This document shows, piece after piece, positions 8,136 to 17,433 of a stretch of DNA of 64,000 bases. The DNA comes from a virus. A program made the position numbers and the translations under genes. The stretch lies in IMG/VR virus record IMGVR_UViG_3300046674_000314, positions 9,181 to 73,180 of that record. One strand, given 5' to 3'. The notes beneath the pieces were generated by a model. That model was given only the letters and a program-made list of their open reading frames with translations. It did not search any database and had not been told where the DNA came from. The stretch's first letter is position 1, and each line of letters opens with the position of its first letter.

Positions 8136-8911
8136 CACACTCCCCGCTCTGCTTTCCATTTACCGAACTGCGTCGCCGCAGTACCCGGGTTGATGCCTTC
8201 AGATTCGCATTGCACAATGACGCCTTTGCGCACCAGCTTGATATAATCCGGGGTGACTTCTGCCGGACGATTTGCATAGATCGCGTCCGCAATATCCCAA
8301 ACCCGCTTGGTCGCGCCGGGCTTGCGCGGGGCGCTGGGTTCCTTCGGCTCCTTCGGCTCTTTCGCCTTCGTGGGCGCCCCGCCTTCGACCTTTGCAACCC
8401 CTTGCTGCTGATTGGCTGCCTCGACCCCGCTGATAATAGCCTGATGCGTCGCACGGCTTACCGGCTCGTCCGGTTCCAGTTCTTCGGTCGGAGCGACATA
8501 AGGCTCGTCATCAAGAGGCTCGTACCCGCGATCTTCTGCTGGCAAACCAGCCAACGGGTTCCCCGGTGAGTCGTCATAAGCTTCTGCTGGGTACAAGGGA
8601 CCCGGGATCGCTTGCGCATCGTCAAGCTTCACCAACTCTTCTTCGCTGGTCGGGTACTCGGACCAGCCAGCCGAATAGGCGCGCAGTTGCTCAATAGCCA
8701 CAGGATAATCCGGCGCTTCTTGCCCGCTCATATTCGTGTACAGCCGCGCCATTTCTTCCTTGGTGAACACGGTCCAGAGCTTCCCATCCTGACTATCTAC
8801 AATCTCTGTGGATACATCGGGGAACAGGTGCTTTTCGATCAGCATCATGTGCGACATTTTGCTCGCCGCTGCTACCATCTTCAGGTTATCTCGGTCAATC
8901 AGGATAAGCAT
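8135..8911 (-). CDS. hypothetical protein with C-terminal VWDIAD...GINPGTAATQ..KW domain (paralog 2)
   Basis: 258-aa ORF with RBS and its own promoter; motif shared with three other genes. Confidence 0.8.
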   Translation of the reverse strand: MLILIDRDNLKMVAAASKMSHMMLIEKHLFPDVSTEIVDSQDGKLWTVFTKEEMARLYTNMSGQEAPDYPVAIEQLRAYSAGWSEYPTSEEELVKLDDAQAIPGPLYPAEAYDDSPGNPLAGLPAEDRGYEPLDDEPYVAPTEELEPDEPVSRATHQAIISGVEAANQQQGVAKVEGGAPTKAKEPKEPKEPSAPRKPGATKRVWDIADAIYANRPAEVTPDYIKLVRKGVIVQCESEGINPGTAATQFGKWKAERGV

Positions 8912-8940
8912 TTGGGTTTCTCCCGTTCGTCAATGATTCT

Positions 8941-8969
8941 ATTATAGCAGACCAAGTGCGGCGCGCACT
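8941..8969 (-). promoter_or_regulatory. phage promoter AGTGCG-N17-TATAAT
   Basis: Member of a nine-copy motif family. Confidence 0.7.
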
Positions 8970-8970
8970 A

Positions 8971-9231
8971 TCAGAATGGTATGCCAGCGCTAAAGTCTGT
9001 GCATCCAATCGTGATAACCAGAATGGGTGGGCGCATGTTATACTTCTCGCAAATTTCAAACCCTTCCCGGTTATTCCAGTGCTCGCAATTGTAGCAGCAC
9101 TCCCATGTGAAAGTGTCAACCAGCGCTTTCTGCGATTTGCGCATTTGTTCAGAGCGCATTCTCTCCCGTTCTTCGAGAGTGGTACCAGCTTTGTAGACCA
9201 GCGGGGCGGTCGGGGGCAATGGATTAGTCAT
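8971..9231 (-). CDS. small Cys-rich protein
   Basis: CCYNCEHW...C...C; follows the helicase. Confidence 0.65.
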   Translation of the reverse strand: MTNPLPPTAPLVYKAGTTLEERERMRSEQMRKSQKALVDTFTWECCYNCEHWNNREGFEICEKYNMRPPILVITIGCTDFSAGIPF

Positions 9232-9233
9232 AG

Positions 9234-10898
9234 TCAGAATATATGTGAGTGGATTTCAGGCAAGGGCTTGTTCACGATTACCGCAATAGCCCGCGGTTGT
9301 TTCAGGTTGTTAATGATCCCATACGCGACTTCGGTACTCTCTGGCGGAACCGCTCCATCGGCGCGAGCTTTCCACCATTGCTTCGCCAACCGGCCCGGAT
9401 AGCCGCCATGCTCCAAGCAAACCCATTCCCGAAACGTTTTCGAACCAGAGTGATAGGTCACGCAAATGGAGTCAGGCTTTCCGGTCTTATGCCACATTTG
9501 ATACGCAACGCGATCCACCGGGAATTCCTTCACTTCAGGCAATTCCAGCACCGGCGCTTCTCGCACTAGCTTCTGAGTGCTCGACGTCTCGTCGATTTTG
9601 AGGTATCGCGGGAATTCGAATCCGCAGTTCCAGCAGCTTCGGGCAGACGCGTGGTTATAACAGCCACACGAGTCACATATACGCACCGGAGCGTCGCCTT
9701 CACGTTTTCGTTCCTTCGGTTCAGGTACGCGCGGGTCGTTAATAGGCCCAAGGCGTGTAACGTTTTTAGCAAAATCGGCAACCATACAATTCCGCTTGTG
9801 ACTTGCCGCAATTGCATTGAGTCGGCCATCTCTTGTGGATAGATCAAAACCCGGCTCGTAGTGAGGTCTGGTACCGCGACCGAGCATTTGGACCCAAAGA
9901 CCGGGACTGAGCGTGTGTCGCAGCATTCCAATGAAATCAATGTCTGTCTTATCAAAGCCGGTCGTGAGAATTCCATTGTTCACCATCCATTCGAATTCGT
10001 TCTCTTTGTAGGCTTCGATGTTGGCGTCGCGCTCAGCCGAAGTCATGCCTACAGACGCAACCCATGTTGCCGATTGCCCGTAATACTTCAGAATGTCCAC
10101 AAGGTGCTTGCAATGCTCTAGACCGCTGGCAAATACCAGCTTTGATCGGCGGTCCTTGCCGAGTTCCAACATTTCGATGACGGCTGCTTCATTCTTCTTT
10201 TGATTGTCGACCTCTGCCATAAGACTTTTCGCTTCGTACTCGCCACCCTGAATTTTGACGTTCGACAGATCATACTCGACCTTCGTCGGACGCGGGATCG
10301 GCGGCACAAGGTACCCCTCATGGAAGAACCAATTGAAGGCGTCGAGACCAGTACAATCGACCGCGACGTCACTAAAGATAGCACCATCACCATTTGTCAG
10401 CTTCCCTTGTTTCATCCGATAGCCGGTGGCCGTCAGCCCGATCACCTTACAGTTCGGATTGGCTTTCTTCAGCCCGTTGAAAAACTTCTGGTACATCGTC
10501 TCGTCGCTCGGGCTGATTTCATGCGCTTCGTCGACAATGACAAAGTCAATGAATCCGAACAACTCGGGAATCTTATAGACCGATCCGATTGACCCGAAGG
10601 TGATAGGATAATGGTGTTGCTTCTTTCCAAGCCCATCGCAAAAGATACCAACCGGCGCATCGCTCCAAGCCATTTTCAGCTTGTCGTAGTTTTGCTTGAC
10701 CAATTCCTTGGTCTTGGTCAACATCATGATGCGGGTCTGCGGATACCAGCCCAGCGCTTTAACGCAGATGCCCGCAACAATGATAGACTTCCCGGTGCCA
10801 GTGGGGTACAGGAGCAGCGGGTTGCCCTTATTCGTTTGGAAATAGTCGAACGTGGCTTGGATGCCGAAATCCTGATAGTCGCGCGGCTTCAACAGCAT
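9234..10898 (-). CDS. SF2 DNA helicase (RadD/YejH-like) with Zn ribbon
   Basis: PTGTGKS, DEAH, TAT, LTTGFD, QMLGRGTR and CDSC...CWNC motifs. Confidence 0.93.
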   Translation of the reverse strand: MLLKPRDYQDFGIQATFDYFQTNKGNPLLLYPTGTGKSIIVAGICVKALGWYPQTRIMMLTKTKELVKQNYDKLKMAWSDAPVGIFCDGLGKKQHHYPITFGSIGSVYKIPELFGFIDFVIVDEAHEISPSDETMYQKFFNGLKKANPNCKVIGLTATGYRMKQGKLTNGDGAIFSDVAVDCTGLDAFNWFFHEGYLVPPIPRPTKVEYDLSNVKIQGGEYEAKSLMAEVDNQKKNEAAVIEMLELGKDRRSKLVFASGLEHCKHLVDILKYYGQSATWVASVGMTSAERDANIEAYKENEFEWMVNNGILTTGFDKTDIDFIGMLRHTLSPGLWVQMLGRGTRPHYEPGFDLSTRDGRLNAIAASHKRNCMVADFAKNVTRLGPINDPRVPEPKERKREGDAPVRICDSCGCYNHASARSCWNCGFEFPRYLKIDETSSTQKLVREAPVLELPEVKEFPVDRVAYQMWHKTGKPDSICVTYHSGSKTFREWVCLEHGGYPGRLAKQWWKARADGAVPPESTEVAYGIINNLKQPRAIAVIVNKPLPEIHSHIF

Positions 10899-10900
10899 TT

Positions 10901-11116
10901 TTAGTTATCCTTTTCACCTTGCAAGATTTCGCGTTCGACTTGCTTATCACGCTTCAGGAGCGGCGCCCATGCAAGAAAGTATTCCCCGACCCGACCGCGC
11001 CAATTACCGGTCACGCACATTCCGCCGATGGTCAGCAATTGCAGCTTGGTATCCGGCGTATACGGTGGCTTGGTATAGCACCATTGGGGCTTATCTGTGG
11101 CTACGTATTCAGGCAT
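10901..11116 (-). CDS. small phage protein (DUF551-like)
   Basis: KLQLLTIGG..VTG.W....FLAWAPL pattern. Confidence 0.6.
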   Translation of the reverse strand: MPEYVATDKPQWCYTKPPYTPDTKLQLLTIGGMCVTGNWRGRVGEYFLAWAPLLKRDKQVEREILQGEKDN

Positions 11117-11183
11117 TTACTTCTCCCAATGCTCGCGCGAAATGCGGTCTTGGAGTCGTTGGATTTCCAGAGCCATTTGAACC

Positions 11184-12119
11184 TCACAATGATGGGTGGT
11201 GCTGCCAATCGGGGCACCCTGATAGCTGCCGCGTTTTATCTAGCATAGCATTATGCGTGCTGCACCACCAGGTTCCATCTGTCTGCGGACTGGCGGCTGC
11301 GCAGGTTCGACAATTCATATCCGGCGCGTCGCCAAAGTGACATACCCGGCGCTCGTCGCAGTACTTGCACTTCCAGAACGATTCATTCTGACTCAGCTTG
11401 GGTGGCGCCTCGACCGCAAAAATGATCTTGTGGGCGCGCTCTCGAAAGAACAGCGCGCAATCCGGATCATACTCGACAATCTCGAAATAGAGTTCGTCGT
11501 TATCCTTGCAGCATGCAGCATACAGCCCATGCGTCAGCTTGTAATACTCCATGTACTGCTGCATCTGCACATAATGTTCTAGCTTGGCTTTCTTGACGCC
11601 TTCGGGCGGAATGACCACAATGCCTTCGCGGTCCACTTCCCCAGCCAGCTTTTTAAATGACTTCAAGTTGTGCGTCTTGAATTCAGCGAGCACCGGTACA
11701 TCGGGCATTTCCGGGATGCCGAGAATTACACCGTCAATGGCTGATCCGTAATGACCGCCGTAATACGAGACTCGGAATTGCCGACCTTCGGCTTCTTCTT
11801 GCCAGACCTGACAATCAATAGTCCGGAACATAGCCACAAAGCGTGCTTCCTCCAAGTGGCCCCGATTGAACAACCGCAGCATGCGGCCCGAGAATTTGGC
11901 GGGTTTAGTCCAGCGCCATTTGTACCAGAGTTCCCGCGCGCATTCCCGACCCGATAGGGAAATCCCCATGTGGCTACGGAATCGGTCATGCTGCGAATCA
12001 TCATAGGCGTCACCCACGTCCATGATGTGCTCTTTCAAGAACCCTTTGAAGCGGCGCCCCTGATCGCGGTAGATCGCTGCGTCAATTGCTTCCTTGGTCT
12101 GAGTGGCGAGACGGATCAC
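11184..12119 (-). CDS. Cas4-like PD-(D/E)XK exonuclease
   Basis: C.RELWY, GH.EE, IDG, EFKT, QMQ.YM and CKYC...C Fe-S-type motifs. Confidence 0.88.
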   Translation of the reverse strand: MIRLATQTKEAIDAAIYRDQGRRFKGFLKEHIMDVGDAYDDSQHDRFRSHMGISLSGRECARELWYKWRWTKPAKFSGRMLRLFNRGHLEEARFVAMFRTIDCQVWQEEAEGRQFRVSYYGGHYGSAIDGVILGIPEMPDVPVLAEFKTHNLKSFKKLAGEVDREGIVVIPPEGVKKAKLEHYVQMQQYMEYYKLTHGLYAACCKDNDELYFEIVEYDPDCALFFRERAHKIIFAVEAPPKLSQNESFWKCKYCDERRVCHFGDAPDMNCRTCAAASPQTDGTWWCSTHNAMLDKTRQLSGCPDWQHHPSL

Positions 12120-12370
12120 TTTCTCTCCCGAGCTTTCATCATTGTGTCAGCTTGGCGGTATGCGGCATGCGCAAGCCTATCCAGCGCCGAACCATTGACC
12201 AGTTCTTGACCGGTAATATGCTGCATCAGTTCGGGGTTTGCCATCATTCCGGTCAATGCAGCAATAGCGAAACGATCGCGCAGTTCTTGTTCTTCGAGTC
12301 GACGTTGTGCGAAAATGCGTTCTTGCTCTCGCGCTTGGTCTCTTACCTGCGCATGTGTATACTGATACAT
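12116..12370 (-). CDS. conserved phage protein (LRDRFAIAAL...AY..AD.MM.AR family)
   Basis: Recognisable widespread phage motif. Confidence 0.7.
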   Translation of the reverse strand: MYQYTHAQVRDQAREQERIFAQRRLEEQELRDRFAIAALTGMMANPELMQHITGQELVNGSALDRLAHAAYRQADTMMKARERK

Positions 12371-12384
12371 AATCTCTCCAGTCG

Positions 12385-12410
12385 AAAAACCCCGCGCTTG
12401 GCGGGGTCTG
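12385..12410 (-). terminator. rho-independent terminator after the SSB gene
   Basis: ACCCCGC-CAAGC-GCGGGGT followed by TTTT on the minus strand. Confidence 0.7.
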
Positions 12411-12432
12411 TATCACCGCGAGCGTGGAGCGA

Positions 12433-13128
12433 TTACTTCCCTTGTTGCCAGGGCGGAACTGCGCCATTGCCAGCCGGTGCGGCGGCTTGGGTTGCGGGCG
12501 CTGCCGCGGTTGCCGGATTGAATGCGGGAGCGGCTTGGGCTGCGGGGGCCGGTGCTGCGGCGGCTGCGGGCGCGGCTTGGGCTGCGGCTTGCATCGCAGG
12601 GGCTTGGGCGGCTGCGGCTGCATTCGGCTGGCTCACGGGCTGCGCTGCCGGGACGTGCGGCTGCGTAGCTGCGGCTGCGCCAGCGTCATACGGGTCATGA
12701 CGCAGGATGTTGTTGCGTGCCGGACGAGCTTTGATTTCGGCGCCGGTGTTCGGATTGACCGATGCCGGGGTCTCGTCTTGGTAGTCGACTTCGATCATCA
12801 TGACCTTGTTCGCCAACAGCGTCAAGTCGCCGCCTTGCAGCACGCCGACCGCATGGCCGATGGACGACAGCTGTTTCATGGCGATTTCAGCGGCTTGCGT
12901 CGAGCCGGTATGCCACAGATTCAGGTTCTCGTAAACCTTGCGGCCTTTGAATTCACCTTCGGTGATGACGAATTCCAGCGCCAGATTGTGACCGGTGGCT
13001 GCATTGCCATTCGCTTTGACCTGCATGTTGCGGATCGCTGCGGCATATGCGCCAGCCGGAACCGGTGCGCTACCGGCGACGAACGGGTCGATGTTGGTGA
13101 CGTCGAAATTGAATTGGATCGGTTGCAT
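12433..13128 (-). CDS. DUF669-type single-stranded DNA-binding protein
   Basis: PVPAG.Y, EGEFKGRKVYENLNL, Ala/Pro tail ending PPW; adjacent to a Sak4-like ATPase. Confidence 0.82.
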   Translation of the reverse strand: MQPIQFNFDVTNIDPFVAGSAPVPAGAYAAAIRNMQVKANGNAATGHNLALEFVITEGEFKGRKVYENLNLWHTGSTQAAEIAMKQLSSIGHAVGVLQGGDLTLLANKVMMIEVDYQDETPASVNPNTGAEIKARPARNNILRHDPYDAGAAAATQPHVPAAQPVSQPNAAAAAQAPAMQAAAQAAPAAAAAPAPAAQAAPAFNPATAAAPATQAAAPAGNGAVPPWQQGK

Positions 13129-13158
13129 TTTGTTTGTCCTTTGATTAGGAGTTGGGGC

Positions 13159-13995
13159 TTACGATTGGTTCTGAATCTTGTCGATCAGGTATGACAAGTC
13201 TGGGCGCTCCCACGGTTCGAGCATTCCCGATCTGTCTTTAGCATCATACGATGCGTCGGGCTGGGTTTGCAAGAAACGATAGAGCTTATTTGTCGTTGCA
13301 TCAGTCGCTACCCCGATGCGAAAAGTTTCGTCAAGCCAATAGGGCGACTGCGGCCCCAGTTGCTTTCCGGGAAAATCAGGGGCGCCGACAATCGCACCTG
13401 ATACACCATCTTGCTTGCTGCCGAGCTTGGCCGTGATGCAAACATGCTTTCCCGCGAGATTGCGAAACTTGCGGAAATACTCCGCAATAATGTCCGCCAC
13501 TTCGCCGTAGGCTTGCCGACCATCGGCCTTTGCTGCCTTAGCTGCATTCAACATCACTTCGGCCGTCTCGCTCGACGAATCCCAAGCCACCGACTTGTAA
13601 TATCCCTGATTGGCGGGCGCCGCAAGCCAATCATAGGCCGCTTTCAGCTGTAGACCATTGCGAACTACGATCACCGGGCTATTGGCTGCACCTTCAGCAC
13701 GAGCACGCGCACCGGCGTCGTCCATTCCCATACCAAGGAAAATCTTAGTCAGATTCCCCACGCTGAGAGACAACAGGCCGCTCTCCGACGAGATAAAAAC
13801 TATCGGCTGCGGCATCGTAGCGCACAGGACTGTCTTTCCAACCCCTGCCGGGCCGTACACTAGCGTCTTGACCCCGTTGCTGGTCGCTTGCTCTTTGACC
13901 GTTGACCAAACGATTGGCGTAGGCGTTGTGGAATTCGGGGCCGAAGTTGCTGGTGATTCCGGCGCCGCAACCCCCGGCGGTAATGGTGCGTTCAT
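13159..13995 (-). CDS. AAA_24 / Sak4-like ATPase
   Basis: LVYGPAGVGKT Walker A, ESGLLS, WDS, AKDRSG.L motifs. Confidence 0.88.
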   Translation of the reverse strand: MNAPLPPGVAAPESPATSAPNSTTPTPIVWSTVKEQATSNGVKTLVYGPAGVGKTVLCATMPQPIVFISSESGLLSLSVGNLTKIFLGMGMDDAGARARAEGAANSPVIVVRNGLQLKAAYDWLAAPANQGYYKSVAWDSSSETAEVMLNAAKAAKADGRQAYGEVADIIAEYFRKFRNLAGKHVCITAKLGSKQDGVSGAIVGAPDFPGKQLGPQSPYWLDETFRIGVATDATTNKLYRFLQTQPDASYDAKDRSGMLEPWERPDLSYLIDKIQNQS

Positions 13996-14142
13996 GCTTT
14001 TCCTTGTTCTCGGTTAAACGTCGTTCGGCTTTGAGTGCTGCCAAGCGGGCTTCGTTACGCTCTCGCAATTCCATGTGGCTAGGGTGCTGGCCGATGCGGA
14101 TCATATGTCGAACCGGGCCACGAAGCCATTCAGAAAGAGACT

Positions 14143-14451
14143 TCATTTTACCTCACCTTTCAAGTGCTTGACCAAATTACGCAGACCGAAACGGTATAAA
14201 TCTTGTGCTGCATCGTACCATTTCCCTTCTTCGGGGTAATACTTGATCGTGCCGATGGTGAACAGAACTAGCCCACCTTCGTCAATATCCTTGGTCCGCA
14301 TGTAGCGAATCTCATTCCGCGTGAGCAACTCGACGGCATTAGCCACATTCTTAGCGCGCCGCTCCGCTTTCTTCTGCTGATACTCTTCCCATTCCTTGTC
14401 GGTCTGGGGTTCCATGCCTTGCCGATGCAAGACGTCCAATAAGCGGGCCAT
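14143..14451 (-). CDS. hypothetical protein
   Basis: 102-aa ORF in the operon. Confidence 0.65.
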   Translation of the reverse strand: MARLLDVLHRQGMEPQTDKEWEEYQQKKAERRAKNVANAVELLTRNEIRYMRTKDIDEGGLVLFTIGTIKYYPEEGKWYDAAQDLYRFGLRNLVKHLKGEVK

Positions 14452-14453
14452 GA

Positions 14454-14951
14454 TTAGTCACCTGTCCTGATAGTTGCTTTCGGTTGCGCCGACTTCGGCA
14501 ACTCGAGTTTGACGCCGGGCGAACCGGGCGTGCGCGTGAGCGCATCATTTAACAGCGCTTTCACGTCATCGCGCAAGTCGCGGTAGCCGCTCTCGCTGAA
14601 ATCCGGCTTATATTTTATGGCCGCATCAATCGTTGGTGCAACGCCATCTTCGTCCACCTGCATCTCTGCAAGGGCTTTCTTCACAGCATCCAGCGCTGCA
14701 ACGTCGACCTTGGTGTTGATCCGGCGTTCGATCTTCAGCACCCAGCCGCCCGGCATGCCGAAATGATCGGTACCCGGTTCCGCAAGCTTGGGGTCATCGG
14801 GCCTGTAGAGCTTTCCAAAGACCTGCAAGCGCAATTCGTTCTCGCGCGCTGCTGCTCCCTTGGCTGCTTCAGCCGCGTTGTACCATTCACCAATCAGCTT
14901 GGAGAATTCCATATCGACGTCGATCTGTTGGACGGGAATTTTGGTTGCCAT
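14454..14951 (-). CDS. conserved phage protein of the Sak4/SSB module
   Basis: E.ELR..., YKP..S...YR.L and PGSP.V pattern typical upstream of Sak4 genes. Confidence 0.7.
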   Translation of the reverse strand: MATKIPVQQIDVDMEFSKLIGEWYNAAEAAKGAAARENELRLQVFGKLYRPDDPKLAEPGTDHFGMPGGWVLKIERRINTKVDVAALDAVKKALAEMQVDEDGVAPTIDAAIKYKPDFSESGYRDLRDDVKALLNDALTRTPGSPGVKLELPKSAQPKATIRTGD

Positions 14952-14954
14952 GAT

Positions 14955-15278
14955 TTACCAAGCCTTCGGGATATGTTGGGGGTTTTGCGTCTGGTCAATC
15001 GCGCGATTGTATGCGCCGAATGCTGAGTTGAGCTTTTCGGTGACGCGGAAAAAGTACATTTCCCAATGCGCGTCGTACCACATGGTTTCGACGGTCAGAA
15101 CTGGCGACTGGTACAATGAGCGGATTTGCGCGTCGATTGCATCGCCCAGTTCTTTTTTCCAGCGGTAGTCGATGAAGTGCGCCGGATCGTGGCGGTTACG
15201 AATGCGGATTCGTTGGTAGGGAAACTTGCTGTTCGGCTTTGCAATCTCTGCCGAATAATACTTAACCAATGTGGTCAT
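14955..15278 (-). CDS. hypothetical protein
   Basis: 107-aa ORF with the shared AAAAGGATG leader. Confidence 0.7.
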   Translation of the reverse strand: MTTLVKYYSAEIAKPNSKFPYQRIRIRNRHDPAHFIDYRWKKELGDAIDAQIRSLYQSPVLTVETMWYDAHWEMYFFRVTEKLNSAFGAYNRAIDQTQNPQHIPKAW

Positions 15279-15333
15279 TTGAAATCATCCTTTTAGTCGA
15301 GGAGTGGGGCGCGATGCCCCAACCCATGAATCT

Positions 15334-15362
15334 ATTATAGCAGACTTGCGATTAATTGCCCG
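15334..15362 (-). promoter_or_regulatory. phage promoter CGGGCA-N17-TATAAT-AGATTCATGG
   Basis: Motif family member. Confidence 0.7.
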
Positions 15363-15867
15363 CAATTCGTGTCGACTCGGGCTGCGAATCCGAACGACTG
15401 ATACGATCGCTCGGTTTCTTGCTGCACGTCAGCCCGGCGTCAATCATGGCGTCGTAGACTTCACCGGAAATCTGACAACGCATGTTGTTGGCGGCTTGAC
15501 GAAGCTTGGTCGCCTCGCTTGCATCGGGCGTGATGGTCGATTGGCGCGCGGTTTCCGCTGCCGCGACTTCAAGCACGCACGACTTCTGATCTTTAGACGA
15601 CCCGAATGCAGCGGAGAAACCCGCAACCGCCATGCCACCTTGGGTGGTCTGCCCGCAATTGAATTGCGAGAAAGACGAAGCATAGGCACCGAGAATCGGA
15701 GCGCTCACGTTGTGCACGGTCGCTTCCGTATGCTCGGGCGATTGGCTGAACTGAATCGTGCCTTGCGCCACCGATTGACTCTGGCTCGTCTGATTGGCGG
15801 TCGATGTTGCTTGTGCGAATGCGCCGGTCGAAATGAGCAGTGCACCCAAAATAAGAACGCGTTTCAT
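15352..15867 (-). CDS. secreted Cys-containing protein
   Basis: Signal peptide MKRVLILGALLISTGAFA; four Cys. Confidence 0.7.
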   Translation of the reverse strand: MKRVLILGALLISTGAFAQATSTANQTSQSQSVAQGTIQFSQSPEHTEATVHNVSAPILGAYASSFSQFNCGQTTQGGMAVAGFSAAFGSSKDQKSCVLEVAAAETARQSTITPDASEATKLRQAANNMRCQISGEVYDAMIDAGLTCSKKPSDRISRSDSQPESTRIAGN

Positions 15868-15922
15868 TTTTATCTCTCTGGTCTGGTTGGCTGGGGCGAC
15901 TCCGAAGACTCGCCCCGATGGT

Positions 15923-16351
15923 TTAATGCGCGTAGCTGTAGGCGCCGCCGATGTAGCTGTACGCCGTGGCCGAGTAATCGACGCCAGCGCCACCCTTTGC
16001 GGAACCATATGCGTCACCGCGGGTATAGCCATTCGACGTGCTGTTGGTCTGGCTGCTGCCGAAGCCCGTAGCTGCCGAGTAGCCGCCAGCACCAGCGATG
16101 CCACCGAAGCCGACCGGAAGGAATCCACCCGCCACGATCATGCTGGAACCCGACTGAGCGTAGCCCGAACCGACGCTGTTGCTTGCTTGATTGCTGTACC
16201 CATTACCGTTCGTGCCGCTGGTTGCTTGCGAGCCACCCGAGACCGAAACCGACGCAGCGAAACCGCCACCGATCCCGAACGAGTCAGCCGCTTGTGCGAC
16301 ATTGAAAGCGAATGCTGCGAAGGTACCGACGACGAGAATTGCCTTTTTCAT
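15923..16351 (-). CDS. secreted Gly/Ser-rich protein
   Basis: Signal peptide MKKAILVVGTFAAFAFNVAQA; GGAG RBS. Confidence 0.7.
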   Translation of the reverse strand: MKKAILVVGTFAAFAFNVAQAADSFGIGGGFAASVSVSGGSQATSGTNGNGYSNQASNSVGSGYAQSGSSMIVAGGFLPVGFGGIAGAGGYSAATGFGSSQTNSTSNGYTRGDAYGSAKGGAGVDYSATAYSYIGGAYSYAH

Positions 16352-16408
16352 TTGTACTACTCCTAAGGTTTGAATCCCGCTGGTCCGCGCGGGGCCGGTT
16401 TGGAAAAA

Positions 16409-16774
16409 TCAGTTACCTGCGAGGTCGTTGGCGCGTTCGGTCAAGTCCCGCGCAAAGCCCGCGGTGCTATGCAGAACCAGTTGCATTACTAGCTTTGCGA
16501 GCACTTGAATATCACCCCGCAGTTGCTCGACGTATTCAGCCGAATACGAAGTAACAACACTCGTCGGAATGCTCAGGTCGAGTGCTCGCATGCGTTCGGA
16601 AACATGCGCTGCGCTGATCTTCGGAATACCGAGGTCGGCGCCCGCTGCTGCCGCAAGCGAAGGGTACGTCTCGTTCGGCATGAATTTGTGACGCGTCAGC
16701 CAATCGCAGAGTTTGTAGCCTTCGACGATTTGAAGCTTATTCGGGGTCTTGCGCGGTGCTGTGCTCATGTTCAT
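16409..16774 (-). CDS. hypothetical protein
   Basis: 121-aa ORF with RBS. Confidence 0.6.
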   Translation of the reverse strand: MNMSTAPRKTPNKLQIVEGYKLCDWLTRHKFMPNETYPSLAAAAGADLGIPKISAAHVSERMRALDLSIPTSVVTSYSAEYVEQLRGDIQVLAKLVMQLVLHSTAGFARDLTERANDLAGN

Positions 16775-16783
16775 CCCTTGTGG

Positions 16784-17107
16784 TCAGTTAGTCGGAATAT
16801 CGTTGTTGACTGCTTGCATGCAACCTTGGAAACTCCAAGCTTTCGCCATCGTTGGTGTCACGGCCGGATGGTCCCAAAGATAGACGACCATGCGCTGCGT
16901 CCAGTCGATCATTGCCTTGTCGCCGTCAGCATCCTTTTCCAGCTGTACGCGGGCACGTTCAGCACTCCAACCTGCATTGCGGGCGCTAGCGATGCGTGCC
17001 GATGCGTCGCCCATTTCCTTACACATCAAGTAATCCGGGCTGGGCGCATGCGTCTGGGCTTGGGCGCCAGCGCTCGCAAGAATCAAGACCACCAGAAGCT
17101 TTTTCAT
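16784..17107 (-). CDS. putative secreted protein
   Basis: Signal peptide MKKLLVVLILASAGAQA; GAGGA RBS. Confidence 0.65.
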   Translation of the reverse strand: MKKLLVVLILASAGAQAQTHAPSPDYLMCKEMGDASARIASARNAGWSAERARVQLEKDADGDKAMIDWTQRMVVYLWDHPAVTPTMAKAWSFQGCMQAVNNDIPTN

Positions 17108-17138
17108 TTCGTTTTCGTCCTCGTTAATCGTTAGGTCT

Positions 17139-17168
17139 ATTATGCTGGTGCAGCGTTTAAACCGCACC
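17139..17168 (-). promoter_or_regulatory. phage promoter GGTGCG-N18-CATAAT
   Basis: Variant member of the motif family. Confidence 0.55.
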
Positions 17169-17187
17169 AAGAATCTTGTCGTCTCTA

Positions 17188-17433
17188 CTACGCTTTGCGG
17201 GACCGGTGCATCGCCTTTTCAATCGCCCAATATGCTTCGTCACAGGCGTTGGCGATACCCTGCGTGCGAGGGGATTCGATCACGAGGGCAGTACTTTCCA
17301 TGCTCAAAAACTTGCGCGGTTCCCAGTTTTGATTGTAGATCAGCATGTAGATACCGCGCGAGTCTGGCGTCGAGCGGTAGTTATCGTTGTAGCCGAGCAC
17401 TTTATCCACATGTGCATTGTACATTCCGCTCAT
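17188..17433 (-). CDS. hypothetical protein
   Basis: ORF coupled to the upstream gene. Confidence 0.55.
   Translation of the reverse strand: MSGMYNAHVDKVLGYNDNYRSTPDSRGIYMLIYNQNWEPRKFLSMESTALVIESPRTQGIANACDEAYWAIEKAMHRSRKA

Noticed and set aside
11184-12119. Cas4-like gene as evidence of a CRISPR system
   Set aside because: Stand-alone Cas4-like nucleases are common in phage Sak4/SSB recombination modules; no cas1 or array is present.
13745-14146. 133-aa ORF overlapping the Sak4-like gene by ~250 bp
   Set aside because: The 5' part may be a real small gene, but the long overlap and lack of motifs make the call unsupported.
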